DNA of 37,478 nucleotides, taken from positions 117,351,558 through 117,389,035 of the forward strand of contig NC_068982.1 in assembly GCF_001194135.2 (NCBI RefSeq), read 5' to 3'. The DNA comes from Octopus bimaculoides (lineage: Eukaryota). The stretch's first letter is position 1. Every line of letters starts with the position of its first letter. The position numbers were made by a program, and so were the translations under genes. The notes under the pieces are model-generated. The model was not told the DNA's origin and did no database searches. It worked only from the letters and a program-made list of their open reading frames with translations. This document shows, one piece after another, positions 9,330 to 23,190 of the stretch.

Positions 9330-12300
9330 AAAAGATGCTTCTGATATATTAACAGCACTATTATATTTGCAAGAAAGTGACCAAAATACTATGCTATCGC
9401 ATATGAACTCAAAATCATAACAAAGCAAAATAACTCTCATTTAATAGAAAGCTTCTACTCTAGATAGAAAATCGCCACTAGTGATATATATTCTCACTAA
9501 GTAGGTTAATTGTAGATCACATAATTAAATTACTTGTTCGAAAACACTAGTTCCCTGCAGGATATTTGAACTGATGTCATTTCAGTTACGGTGATACAAT
9601 ATCTTCTGCACTCAACGATATCTCTTTTATAAAATCATATTAACATTATGTGTATTATATGTAAGATGATAAGTATAGTGTTTGTTTATGCAGCTGCCTG
9701 TCTCGGCTAATTTCCTAAAGAATTTCATTAGCGACTTTTCGAAAATAATTATTTGTTCTATTTATTTTATTTGAGATTTACGACCACGTAACAAATGAGA
9801 GATCACATTAAAATATGATCATTTCAATAAGACTTAAGACTGCAGAACATATTTTATCTGACACTTTTCACTTGTGGCCACCGTAATAGATAAATATTTG
9901 AAAGTAACATTGTGGTCAATTGTCTCATGGAATATAAATGAAGGAATATATGGACGTTTTAATAATAAACGTATTCCTACTGGACGGTCAGACAAAATCA
10001 TAACTTTGATAAGGCATCTATAAAGTGTTTGTACAACAATTATCCAAATAGTCTCAGGAGAATATGGCAAATAATTATAATCGATTTTTGGGAAAACGAA
10101 ATCAATAGCATTAAAGTTGGTTCAGCTATTTGTTCGGATTAGGTCAGTTATTTTCCCATTTAGGCGTCCGAGGAATTGGTTCAAAGTCAGCGTGTCAAAT
10201 TAATCAGCTTTCTATTCGATCTCAAACCTTGAGGCATTATCTATGACTGGTTTATTTCACCTATGCTTTTTTTCCTCCCATAAGTCCAGACAAAAACATT
10301 TTTTTGTCGTGCTTGTAGGAAACAAACCATCACACGCGCGCGCGCGCACACACACACGCACACACGCACCAACCCCACCCCCCACCCCCCACACACACAT
10401 ATTGACAATGAAGAGGTGCTGCCGTTATAAATAGTTTTAGTGTGGTATTTCAGTAACAGAATTGAAAGATTACTGTATTATATTAGGAAATATAGAAAGG
10501 TATATCTGGGTTGCACGCTTTGACTTCAATCAAATTCTGATAAACTCTATTAACAATATCCACGTGATGTAAACATCAAAATGGTCTGGAGATGCTGATC
10601 GTGTGCGCTGGAGTGTAATGTTTGTGTAGAAATTAAATAGCATATATAAGCATAAACACGCGTTTCATTTACCATTCTCATATTGCTTCGTTTGATGATA
10701 ATTTAAACTTGGCCCATCTGATCAAGAGTGGTTTTGCGCGGCCACAAAAGAGATAATTTATTAAAGATGCTAATAGACATAACAAAACTAACCAAACACT
10801 CATTTATTTATCTGCACTTAAGCACTTAAGCTTTTCAAATAGACTACTTTCATTATGTTTACTCCGAATACAGACCAATATGATGTCGTCAGTTGTCTGC
10901 TGCCATGCTTACTTAACAATAAAATCACTCTAGATATACAGGTATTCAATAAAGTTCCATTGCGTTAATTTGTCACAGCAGTATATACAATACCCATTAT
11001 TTTGCAAGAACTCTCAGATTTCTGAGATCATTGCAACAGAAACTTGTTTAATCACCAGCAGGAGCTGTTTTGATGAATAAAATTTGTGCGAAATGTTTAT
11101 GACAAATCTGTCAGTTAGGTAAGAAGGCAGAGAACTAGTTTTGAGCACCAGAAAATGTTGCAGAAGCGAAAATGTGGTAGGGAAATGAAACCATAGGTCC
11201 ATGGACAAACGTTCGCAATATTTCTTTTAATTGTCTTTGCCAATAATCTGTGCGTGCCTTCTTGGAAGTCCTGCAATCAAACAATAATTGTTGTGCATAT
11301 ATCTACAGTTATTGTCTCAAATATGTCAGGGCCAAAAGTAGATTGTTAGATTGTCATCTTCATTAATCATTAGTCAACTTTGCTATTGGCTACAGAGTGT
11401 ATTCAATGTAATTCAATACTTCACTGGTTCTTATTCATAACATTGAGTGAAGGAATCTAGAGTCCTAAACGTCACAACAAAACGACAAATTATTTTGTCC
11501 AACACACCGAAAACTCTGTCAATATTCTTTTTCAACTATTGGTTGTTGCTTATTTGTAAATATCTACAGCAATCTTACACATAGAACAATGTTTCGAAAA
11601 TAACAGTCATAGTATCTGCCATTGCATTTACTTGTCGATGGTAAAATAAATCAGAAAACTTGTTTATTGTGATTTTTTATAGTTTAGTCCTAGGAAAACT
11701 GTAATGGAGCAGGCCTACGGTCGAAGAAGTTCTATTTGTAACTCACCCCCCCCCCTCTTACAGATATCGGGTATCTTGTATTTCTCATCAAATATGAGTG
11801 TAACGTATGATTTGAGAGGAATTTAGTCAATATTTCCATTAGACGCTTCTACTATGTACAGACACTCGAGTTAGAAGAACAAAAACGAAAAGGCAAACAT
11901 GCAGTTGGGCGCATGCCTTTTTAATAATCACGAGTATCTTTCATGTAAATATTTATTTTTGCTTCTGTAAACAGTAAAAGAAATGGAACGACGTAAATGA
12001 TGTATGTTAGAGAGATTTATGTTAAATAGATTTTAATATTGCTTTTGTTTTCTGAAAAGAGTTTGGCTTTATTCGCGATGCTTGTGAAATTGTTTTGTGA
12101 AATTCATCTACGAAAATTACTCATATCTTCAAATATTAACGAACACCCACTTATCAAAAATGCAATAAATAAGGGTTTGGTCCCTTGTCACGATGATGAT
12201 ATTCTTCTTAAACTGAAATACTAAAAAAGAAATATACGTATCTCTTCAGTCGAGGTATAACCCTGATCATTGGTGTTGTTTTTTTACCTTCTTCAGGTTC

Positions 12301-14890
12301 AAAATATTTCTGTTCAATCAGCCTTACGAATAAAACCATGTCTCCTAAGCACCGTACACAAGCAACAGCATTTTGCAATACTTAACTCACTTTAAGATGG
12401 AAGGCCGCGACGTCAAAGGGAATTTTGCAGTTATTTCTAACTGATTGTATGCCCTCATACAGTTCCGTTGTTAACTGGTCTAGTATGAAGTTATAATGTG
12501 GGATATCATTCCATGATATAAACGGCTACAGGTTCTTCCATTTGTTTTCCATTTAATTATCGCCATGCTTCATGGTCAATCAATGATCCCATAAGACTCG
12601 GAAGACCATATTCTCTTGTAATGGTTGAAGTGAGAATAGTTCTGTCAGCGCTAGTAATACTGTTGTCGTTAATGAAATGGTGTATTCAGGGACGAAATCC
12701 AGTTGCCACTTTGCTGCCACTTTGCCAGACTGCCATGTCGATTCAGGTTGGGAAATTCACTGCATTATAAGATATTTTTGTAGCCCCAGATGAAGGCTAC
12801 ATGATTGAATTTATCAGCAACATTATTTCAGCTATGACAATCTTGTCTCTATTTCATGTACTGTATTTGAAAGACTGCATTATATAATGTTTTTTAAAAA
12901 ATTTCTTAAGCAATTTCAAGTGTGTAAATGGTTGCTAAATGAGGCTAATCAAGAGATAATATCGAAGATATGTGTATTAGTTCATTTGCAAGACGGTTTA
13001 TTAGCAATGCATTTTTCTCTGCACACATGTAAAGCTTTATGTTTGTTATAAAATATGTCCGCATTAAATATTTCACATGATTCCTACCTGTATTATTACT
13101 TGAATTCGGATTATGAAACACTTACGTTGAACACAAACATCAACGTTGGTTATATTTTCTTTACTCCAAAATGAACGGCATTTTTTACTTATCAAAACAT
13201 AAGGGAACATATTTTCAACGTATAATTTAAAGCACAAATGATACAAATAGGAAAAGGAAGGAATATTTTAAAAGCTACTCTCTCAGAACTATGAGATTAT
13301 CTTTTACACTTATGACAAATAAACCTGAATGTGGATGACAATAATGTGTAACATGTCTCATGATACAAAATAACACTGAAATACATTGGATATGTCTTCT
13401 TATAATCACGAATTTTTTTTTCTCAAAAGGTAATCCTTATATCCAACGAAACATGTATGCTTTGTTAGAACAACTAATACTGCGTTATTAGCCTTGAGAG
13501 ATCCTTTCATATAGGCATTTGCATAAAAACACACATATACGTCGTAACAGACGATATTCTTTTGTCATGGATAACGGAATTCCCATATCACGTGATTTCG
13601 CTGAATTGGAAGTCATCAGTGCGAAGCGATCGGTGTTCTAACAAGGCATCTTTGCTTAGTTGGATACAAATATTACATTTTTTTGTATTAATACTGCTTC
13701 CGTCGCTATAATAATTACTTTTTGATAAGCCTACTGGCTATTTGCGACATTAGCGTCTGGAAAGATGCTGAAATTCTATATATCTTGACAGCAAGATTTG
13801 ACTGGTATGCGGTCACCTGGTCTGGTGTTTCTTTCTGAAAACTTCCAATCGAAGGAAATTACGTGATAAGGGAAATCCGGCGCGCTCGCAGGCAAATTTC
13901 GTCTACTACGATATATATCTGTGTTTTTTATATACCAACTGTCTATACGAGAGGAATTCTCAAGGCTAATGGCGCAGTATTTCCAACGTAGCATCAATGT
14001 TTAGCTACATATACAGATTAGCTTTTAGTATTAATAATGTTTCAGTCAATAATAATTAAAATAACGTTGTTATCAACATTAGCATGGTAAGGGTTTTACT
14101 TACAAAGAATAGGTTAAAACGTATAGTTATTTTTGTATAAACCTTCCAATGTATAAGTTTAGTTTAAAAAAACAATTGAATTGATGCGTGCTCAAAAGAA
14201 TAACTCTAATAAACTTCCGAAAATATTTTCTTTTTCATGCACTACATTGACAAGATAAACAAATGAGCCTAGAAAATAACGATAAGTCTAATCACCGAAT
14301 GAAATGAACTTTTCTGGCATGTTTTATCTAAGCTGTGAACAAAACTATCAAAATCAATTTCTCTTGCAATAATTTAGGCACTACCCAATCTTATTAAATT
14401 GACATTTTTCTCATGTTTTTCAAAAACATTTTCAAACTAATACAAATTTGCAGTCATTTTCAACTCTCTTTATTGGGTTTTCTAACTCGTCTTTTTGTGT
14501 TGAGGGTAAATGCATCATTTCCATTGCAAGTTTTCATACTTAAGAGTAGCGGGATATCAGTGGTAATTTGTTAACCATTTCGAGCTTTGTTAGCTTACTT
14601 CCAAATATGCGAGATATGTTCATATGAAATTTAATTTTTCAGTAACTTGCTTTACAAAACGCTGTGTTAATTATATAACATCCAAAACATGACACACTTA
14701 CTAAAGTAAAACTCTTTTTATGGAATCATCTGTTATTTATGTTAAATTTTGTGACATTGGACACACGTGCCTTTCATCTCACGTTTCGATACCTATAGTA
14801 CGGTTTTATGTTCATCAAAAGACTTAAGCTATTTGTTTGTATTCATTGGTGATGCTTGTGAAATTGTTTTGTAACCCTTATATGAGAAAA

Positions 14891-15103
14891 AGGCGGTGAG
14901 GTGGCAGAATATTTTCACTCCGAGGCATATGATTAGAAGCATTTCACCAGTCTTTACGTTCTGTGCGTAAATTTCACCGAGGTCGACTATGCCTTTCGTC
15001 CTTTCGGAGTCGATAAACTAAGAACCAGTTGAGCACCGAGGCTGATGTCATTGACGTAACCCCTCAAGAATTGCTGGCTTTGGTACAGAATTTGAAACCA
15101 ATT
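14891..15103 (+). mobile_element. tRNA-derived SINE with a perfect 14-bp target-site duplication
   Basis: AGGCGGTGAGGTGGCAGAAT...GAGGTCGACTATGCCTTTCGTCCTTTCGGAGTCGAT...AATTTGAAACCAAT. CTTATATGAGAAAA occurs at 14877-14890 and 15104-15117. Confidence 0.9.
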
Positions 15104-15225
15104 CTTATATGAGAAAATTACTCATATAATTCTCAAATATGCTTTGATTACCCAAATATATAATTTCTCTCAAGGTTGCTCTACTTGGTTACTTTCTTTC
15201 CTATGCTTAACCTGCTGCATTTCAG

Positions 15226-15271
15226 ATCCTACTCAGACATGTCTCCGAGTTCAACATCACGGGAAATTATG
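15226..15271 (+). other. Candidate exon of an unidentified host gene (ILLRHVSEFNITGNY)
   Basis: Acceptor-like TTTCTTTCCTATGCTTAACCTGCTGCATTTCAG with a CTTAAC branch-point-like motif. The donor (G|GTTGTT) is weak. I recognise no homology. Confidence 0.18.
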
Positions 15272-15699
15272 GTTGTTTTCTTTGCTGAAAATTCTATTTT
15301 ACTCTTCGGAGTTCGAAGTGTCACAAACACTTCATACATTTTGTTTATGAGATAAAATAGACTTTTAGACTCTCACATTGCACTTGGGTTACGTGTAAGC
15401 ATTTTCTCTGAAGAACCGATAAATGAGTTATGTTTCAGTTGGATTCATTTGTTCCATCTCTACAAAGATTTTTCTGTTGTATTATAAAGACGTTTTCTCA
15501 TTAATATAACAAAAATTACCTTTAAATAAATGTTTGCAGCACTCGAATTGCATCGCTAAATCTTTGGTCTACTTTCAGCCATTAGAATTCTCGTTTCTTA
15601 TTAAGAAGGTTTCTTAATATAGCTAGTTAGAAAGTCAGAAGAAATGATGTTATTGATATATTTAAAGATTTTTTCAACGAAGTATCAATAGGTATATAA

Positions 15700-16705
15700 T
15701 GTATTGGAATCTGTGGTAAACTGCAGCACTGGATTAAGGATTCCTTGATGAACAGATTACTTGTTGCGATTGGTGGAATCAGCTCAACACCAGCAAAGGC
15801 CACTGGTGATATCCCACAGAGGACTGTTTCGGACTTGCCTCCTTTTCTAATCTATAAATTATAATTCAAGCGTCATCAAACACAGGAAAATAATATTCGT
15901 ACATGACTCTAAGGCCTAGAAAATTATCAACGGACAATATGACCGAACTGATCACCATTCTGTTGTACATGCAGTAAGCCACTAGGCAGACAATAAAAGT
16001 AGGTGGTTAATTAGAAACAAAATGCGGTCAAACAACCATATTCTCTTCCGTCAAGGAAACTACACCAAGCGTTTAATAAAACTAGGAACTTAGGAGTAAT
16101 TGTTAACAACGATCTCGGCTGGAATGCTCACATCAAAAATAAAGTGGACATGGCTTGCAAGACGATCACCTGTATCCTCAGATTCGGAGAGTATCACCTG
16201 ATTCGGAGAGTAAGATGTTTTCCTTCTCGTGGTCTTCCCCCACTGGCCAAGCATGAGGAGAATTGAGTCACTCCAAGAGCAATCACTTTATAAGAATAAA
16301 AGGCATGATTGATCTTGATTATTGGGATCACTTTAAAACATTGAACATTTATTGTTTCCAGCGCCACCTTGAGCGCTACATCATTTACACAAAGTCGTGA
16401 TAATATACCACAAGCATTGTACAGATGACCTTAATATTAATTTTAGAATTCATCAAACGCTGGGACCGTGGGCCATGCACCCGCTACACAATTCAGGCTC
16501 AACACATAAATTCATAGCAACACAATTATTGTTCCTCAAGAGGCCTTGCTCTATTTAACATTATCCCAAAGTAAATCAGAAAATAAAAACATCCCATCAC
16601 CTGCAAGCGCAAGCTGAACAAATTTCTTCAAGGGATTCCAGATAAACATTGATACCACAAAAACTGACTTAAAACTGACGTAACAGATGCTATCAGGTGG
16701 TGCTA
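15700..16705 (+). mobile_element. Old, heavily decayed CR1/L2-group LINE (RT C-terminal half to 3' end)
   Basis: Patches GICGKLQHWIKDSL, GDIPQRTVSDLPPFLIY (GVPQG.VLGP.LF equivalent), RNLGVIVNNDLGWNAHIK, LDYWDHFKTLNIYCFQRHLERYII, ALFNIIPK. Ends near GGTGGTGCT (~16696-16704), which also occurs in the 3' tail of the LINE at 33891. Confidence 0.8.
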
Positions 16706-16784
16706 TTAAATTAGACATTGCCTAGATCAATCTTTCGGTGAAACATATTTAGGTTAAGTCCAAATTTATGTCTTATACCCATAG

Positions 16785-16885
16785 AAGGCGGTGGGTTGAC
16801 AGAGTCGTTAAAACGTCGGATAAAAACATTTGAATATTCGTTCCGACTCTCCATTTGGTGAGCTTAAATCACGCCGATATGAGTT
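16785..16885 (+). mobile_element. Degenerate 5' half of the tRNA-derived SINE
   Basis: AAGGCGGTGGGTTGACAGAGTCGTTAAAACGTCGGATAAAA resembles the SINE head. Confidence 0.55.
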
Positions 16886-17243
16886 GACAGTGACTTGTAA
16901 TTTGACAGAGATCAGATATAGCAGGTATATTTCAACAAAACAATGTTGAGTTGGTGGGACACATATCTCAATCATATGTTTTAAAAATCATGTGACTAAC
17001 AAAATGTTATCTCTTGTAGGCAATCATGTTTAACACATAGAGGTATGATTTGAAATAGTATCACCAGCTAGTTATCTTTCAGCTGAAGTAACCCACTCGC
17101 AGACACTCGCACGGTGACCCATTCTTTTATGTAGTAATTGTTGTTCCCATCATTGCTGCCGACTACTGTGGTTATTTGCTGTACTTTGTAAATATCATCG
17201 TTACTCGTACACGTATTACTGTTTCTCTATAAAACTAATACAT

Positions 17244-17286
17244 GTGTGCGTGTATACACACACACGCGCGCACACACATGTTTATA

Positions 17287-17324
<38 letters not shown>

Positions 17325-18018
17325 TATATATATATAAAACATTATGCATGTGTGTACATGTACTTGCGCATATTAGTATGCCTACGGACAAATGTAATGT
17401 TTACATACATACACACATACACACACACATACTCACACGTACGCGCACACACGCGCACACACACAGAAACCTATATATATTCTTCATAAATAACTAATAT
17501 ATGAAGTATCTGATTAAATAACAACGCTTTGTTTCATATATTTGCTTTTGACCCTTAATGAGAGTGGATGCATTTGTTGCTATACACATCAACGTTAATG
17601 TCGACAATTTTTCACAAAGGATATATTTTCGAGATTACATGCGTCAATAGTCAAAATTACAATATTTCTAATATCCCAATATATGATTGTACTTGGTTGC
17701 ATGAAAGTGTGTGTCCTTATATATGTATATTTGAGTCTTAGTAGGCGCGTCTGCATTTGTGCCTCTGTTTTGTTCTTGATTGTAATATCTGTGCTTCTCT
17801 CTGTGTGAAAGTCTCTACTTGTCGACATATTTATAATTCAGTATTTTGCTTTTTATTTACCAAACAGAAAGAAACAGATATCATCACTGCCGTGAGAAAT
17901 GTTCGATTGCGCAAATACACACACACACACACTTACATACACTCACACACAAAGAAAAAGTATATATACGTATATATATGTATGTGTGTTTGTGTGTGTG
18001 TATGTATGCATATATGTA

Positions 18019-18055
<37 letters not shown>

Positions 18056-18910
18056 NNNNNNNNNNNTATATGTATGTATGTATACAGACAGACAGGCACG
18101 CACACACGCATACCAGCGCAACACACACACACATATTCAGTTGTGTATGTGTGCATGTTTGTAATATGTATATGTAATTGTTATCGTCAATTATTGTAAC
18201 TATTCTATAAATATTTTATTGTTCAAGCTACAATTCAGTTGGAAAACTTTGTCATATTTGACGGTAGAGGGCAGCAGCTTTTGTTTTATACCATTCGTTT
18301 TCTTTTTTGTTTGTTTGAATTATTCAATTGTTATACTTGAAAACATAAAACGCAAATATAATATAAAGACATGTCATTAATAGGATATGGAAACAAAAGA
18401 TTGACATTTAGATGTAAACATAGTCTTTTTCATCATTTCTTTCTCTCTCATTGGTTAGATATTGATATAGATATCAGCGAATCTACTCTTAATATTAGAT
18501 CTATATGTATCTCTATATCTCTCACTTTTCATAAATAGGTAGATGTATGTAGCACTACATACATACATACATACATAAATACATACATGCATACGCATAT
18601 ACACACATACATACGTACATACATACACACACGCACGCGTGCACACACACACAGAGACACAAACACACGCGCATATATATGGCCGCAGCTCTGAGCTGAA
18701 ACTTTGAAATGAAATATATATATATATATATATATATATACGTATATATATACACATACCTGCATATATACATACACGTATACACGTATATACATTTATA
18801 TACAACTAAATAAATATATATCTACGTATCTATTGTGTATTTAACTATATATTATCTCCCCTTCTCTCTATGCACCTATATATATCTATATATATATATA
18901 TATATATATG
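17244..18910. repeat. Cluster of (TA)n/(CA)n/(TACA)n microsatellites (about 17250-17465, 17925-18150, 18545-18910)
   Basis: Directly visible; includes a small N gap at 18056-18066. The many overlapping Y/I/H/C/V-rich ORFs here are repeat translations. Confidence 0.95.
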
Positions 18911-20401
18911 TACAGTGCCTGTTTATCTAGCCGTCTTCATATCACATCTCATTACCGCTTTTTTCCCTATCAGTCAAACATTCTACCTCTCTATGTATTT
19001 AACGTCAACCAATTCCTCCCATAATCTGTCACTCTCTTTCTATCTTTACAAATATCCCCCTTTTTCTCATTACCACCTCTTCTCTTTCTCCCTCTCACTC
19101 TCTTTTTATTCTCGCAATCATTCCGTCGTCTCCCCACTTCTCCCAGGACAAAGCATTTCATAATCTGTCCTCCCTCTCACCACCTCTCAACACATTTACG
19201 TCCGCCATTTCTTTTCTTATCGTTGTTTTACTTGCTGTTTTACTGCAGTAGAAGTTGTTTTGTTATTGTAAGTATTGTTATTACTTTCTTATATCAAATG
19301 TCATTATAATTGTTATTTTAGTTGTTGTATTTGGCAACATTTGTCCAGTATTGATTTCTTCCGCATTTTTACAATTAACAATTATTATTACGTTTTCTGT
19401 TCTCTCTCTTCTGTCGTGTATATTTTTATCTGTTGCTGTTATCACCCTTGCTATTTATGCTTCTATCGATGGTGATTTTCTTATTTATGTGTTTAATTGC
19501 TATGTAATACACTTGTTGCTATATGTATTTGTCATCTAGTTAAAAAGAAGCAGCAGTACTCGTTATCCTTCAAATGGTCTCTGGGACTTGCAGGTGGGGA
19601 GGAAAACTGACAAATTGATCCACATGGTTGCAATAGCGTTGTTATGCTAAATGCAACTAGGAGCCAAATAGTGTTTTTAAATCACAAGATGGTTCGTTTC
19701 TATATACAGTTAATAATACCGCATTCAAACAGTCATATGAGAAGAAACGTATCCGAAATAAGACCATAAAATTCTTTTGTATTTTTAGAACTATGCTCAG
19801 TAATGATTCTATAAAAATAGAAAACACATTTGGATGTCGTTTGATTTAGGCTACGTTGTTTGACTTATCTACCGTCAGCGTAAAGTATCTCTCATTAGTT
19901 TCTCTTATATATTGTCGATCGGAGGACCTGGCTTCTTTGCTGTTCCTTCTCAAAAAGTGCCTCTGGGATTACAATAATGAATAACTCCTATTTTTGAAAG
20001 CGAAAAAAAAACTTGCTTTGTGATTTGATGGGCATTTGACTATTATTTCTACATTATGTTTCGAGTGCATAGTGTATCCCTGTTTAAGCTCATTGTAAAG
20101 AACGATGCTGCTGACCGAGCGAATCACTGAGTTGATGAATATTGCTTTTCCGTTTCCATAAGTCATTCAGAAAAGGTTTTGACTATGGTGAAAAGCTTCC
20201 TGCCATAACTATCCAACATTACATGTATCAGTGGTTTTATTGTGGGTTGCACCATTGTCCTTAAAAGAAGTGGGGTTCTGCGATGCGGCTGCATTTTCTT
20301 ACAGGTCTAGCAAATACATAGCAGATCCCTTCTTTTTGTTTGTTTTATTATTGTTGTCGTTTATGGTGATGGTATTGCTACTGGAGTTGACTGTGGTGTT
20401 G

Positions 20402-20560
20402 AAGATAGTGGATTGGCAGAATCTCAAGTGCCTTCGATATAATGCTTTGCTATATTTATTCCGGATCTCTGAGTACTGATTTCAAATCGAACCGAGGTAT
20501 TCTAAGCCTTTAATTCTGTAGGGGTAAATAAATAAGTACTAGCCCACTACAGGTAACATC
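20402..20560 (+). mobile_element. Degenerate tRNA-derived SINE copy
   Basis: TGGCAGAATC head, GATTTCAAATCGAACCGAGG (B-box region) and GGGGTAAATAAATAAGTACTAG, colinear with the other copies. Confidence 0.55.
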
Positions 20561-21169
20561 CCACGTTCTCTCTCCCATCGCCTCTAATAACTTGGATGTT
20601 CAATGAAGTAAACGCTGTCAATTTCAAATGAGTATTTGCATTACTCGTGGGTACTAAGATAGACACCTTAAACCGTTAATGAATGCATGGTACATTGTGA
20701 TAAGTATTCAAACTCAATTGTGGATAACAGCTATAATTGTTATAGTTGTTCTTCGTGTTTTTGCTGCTGTTCCTCGTTTTCTTGTTGTTGGTGATAGCGT
20801 TGATTCTGTTGTTGTTCATGTACTATTGTTTTTTCGTTTTGCAGCTGTTGTTGATACTGCTGATGTTTCAGTATAGACGTAAAGACTAGGCATTGTTAAT
20901 ATTCTTGACGTATCCTTCATGCTGCTTGTGTTATCGCTCCTAACGTTGTTGGCGTAATCACTGTAGTTTTTGATTAGCTTTTGTTTATCCTCACCATACT
21001 GTGTTGCTGTTTAATTTTCAATTTTCTTCTACTGTTGCTGTTGTTGGTCGTACTACTGATATTGATATTCTTAGTGGAGACTTTGGTATATTTGATGGCT
21101 TTCTTGGTCATATGTGTAATGTGTCAGTTTTAAATATTATATATGTTTTTGGTTGTATTTCTGTTGTTG

Positions 21170-23190
<2,021 letters not shown>

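Noticed and set aside
8691-9350. CRISPR-like repeat-spacer look of the SINE arrays
   Set aside because: The long units are homologous SINEs, the short repeats are degenerate target sites, and there are no cas genes in this eukaryotic context.
12780-12830. CAGATGAAGGCT.. motif, a possible third hammerhead or Penelope end
   Set aside because: The core is CAGAUGA with no downstream GAAA. The local GTAGCC/GGCTAC hairpin does not give a hammerhead fold. At most a very decayed relic.
17244-18805. Many overlapping Y/I/H/T/C/V-rich ORFs
   Set aside because: Dinucleotide and tetranucleotide repeat translations in several frames.
20100-20330. DNGATH peptide on the minus strand resembling a DDE catalytic motif
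   Set aside because: An isolated 6-aa match with stops on both sides and no other transposase or integrase motif.
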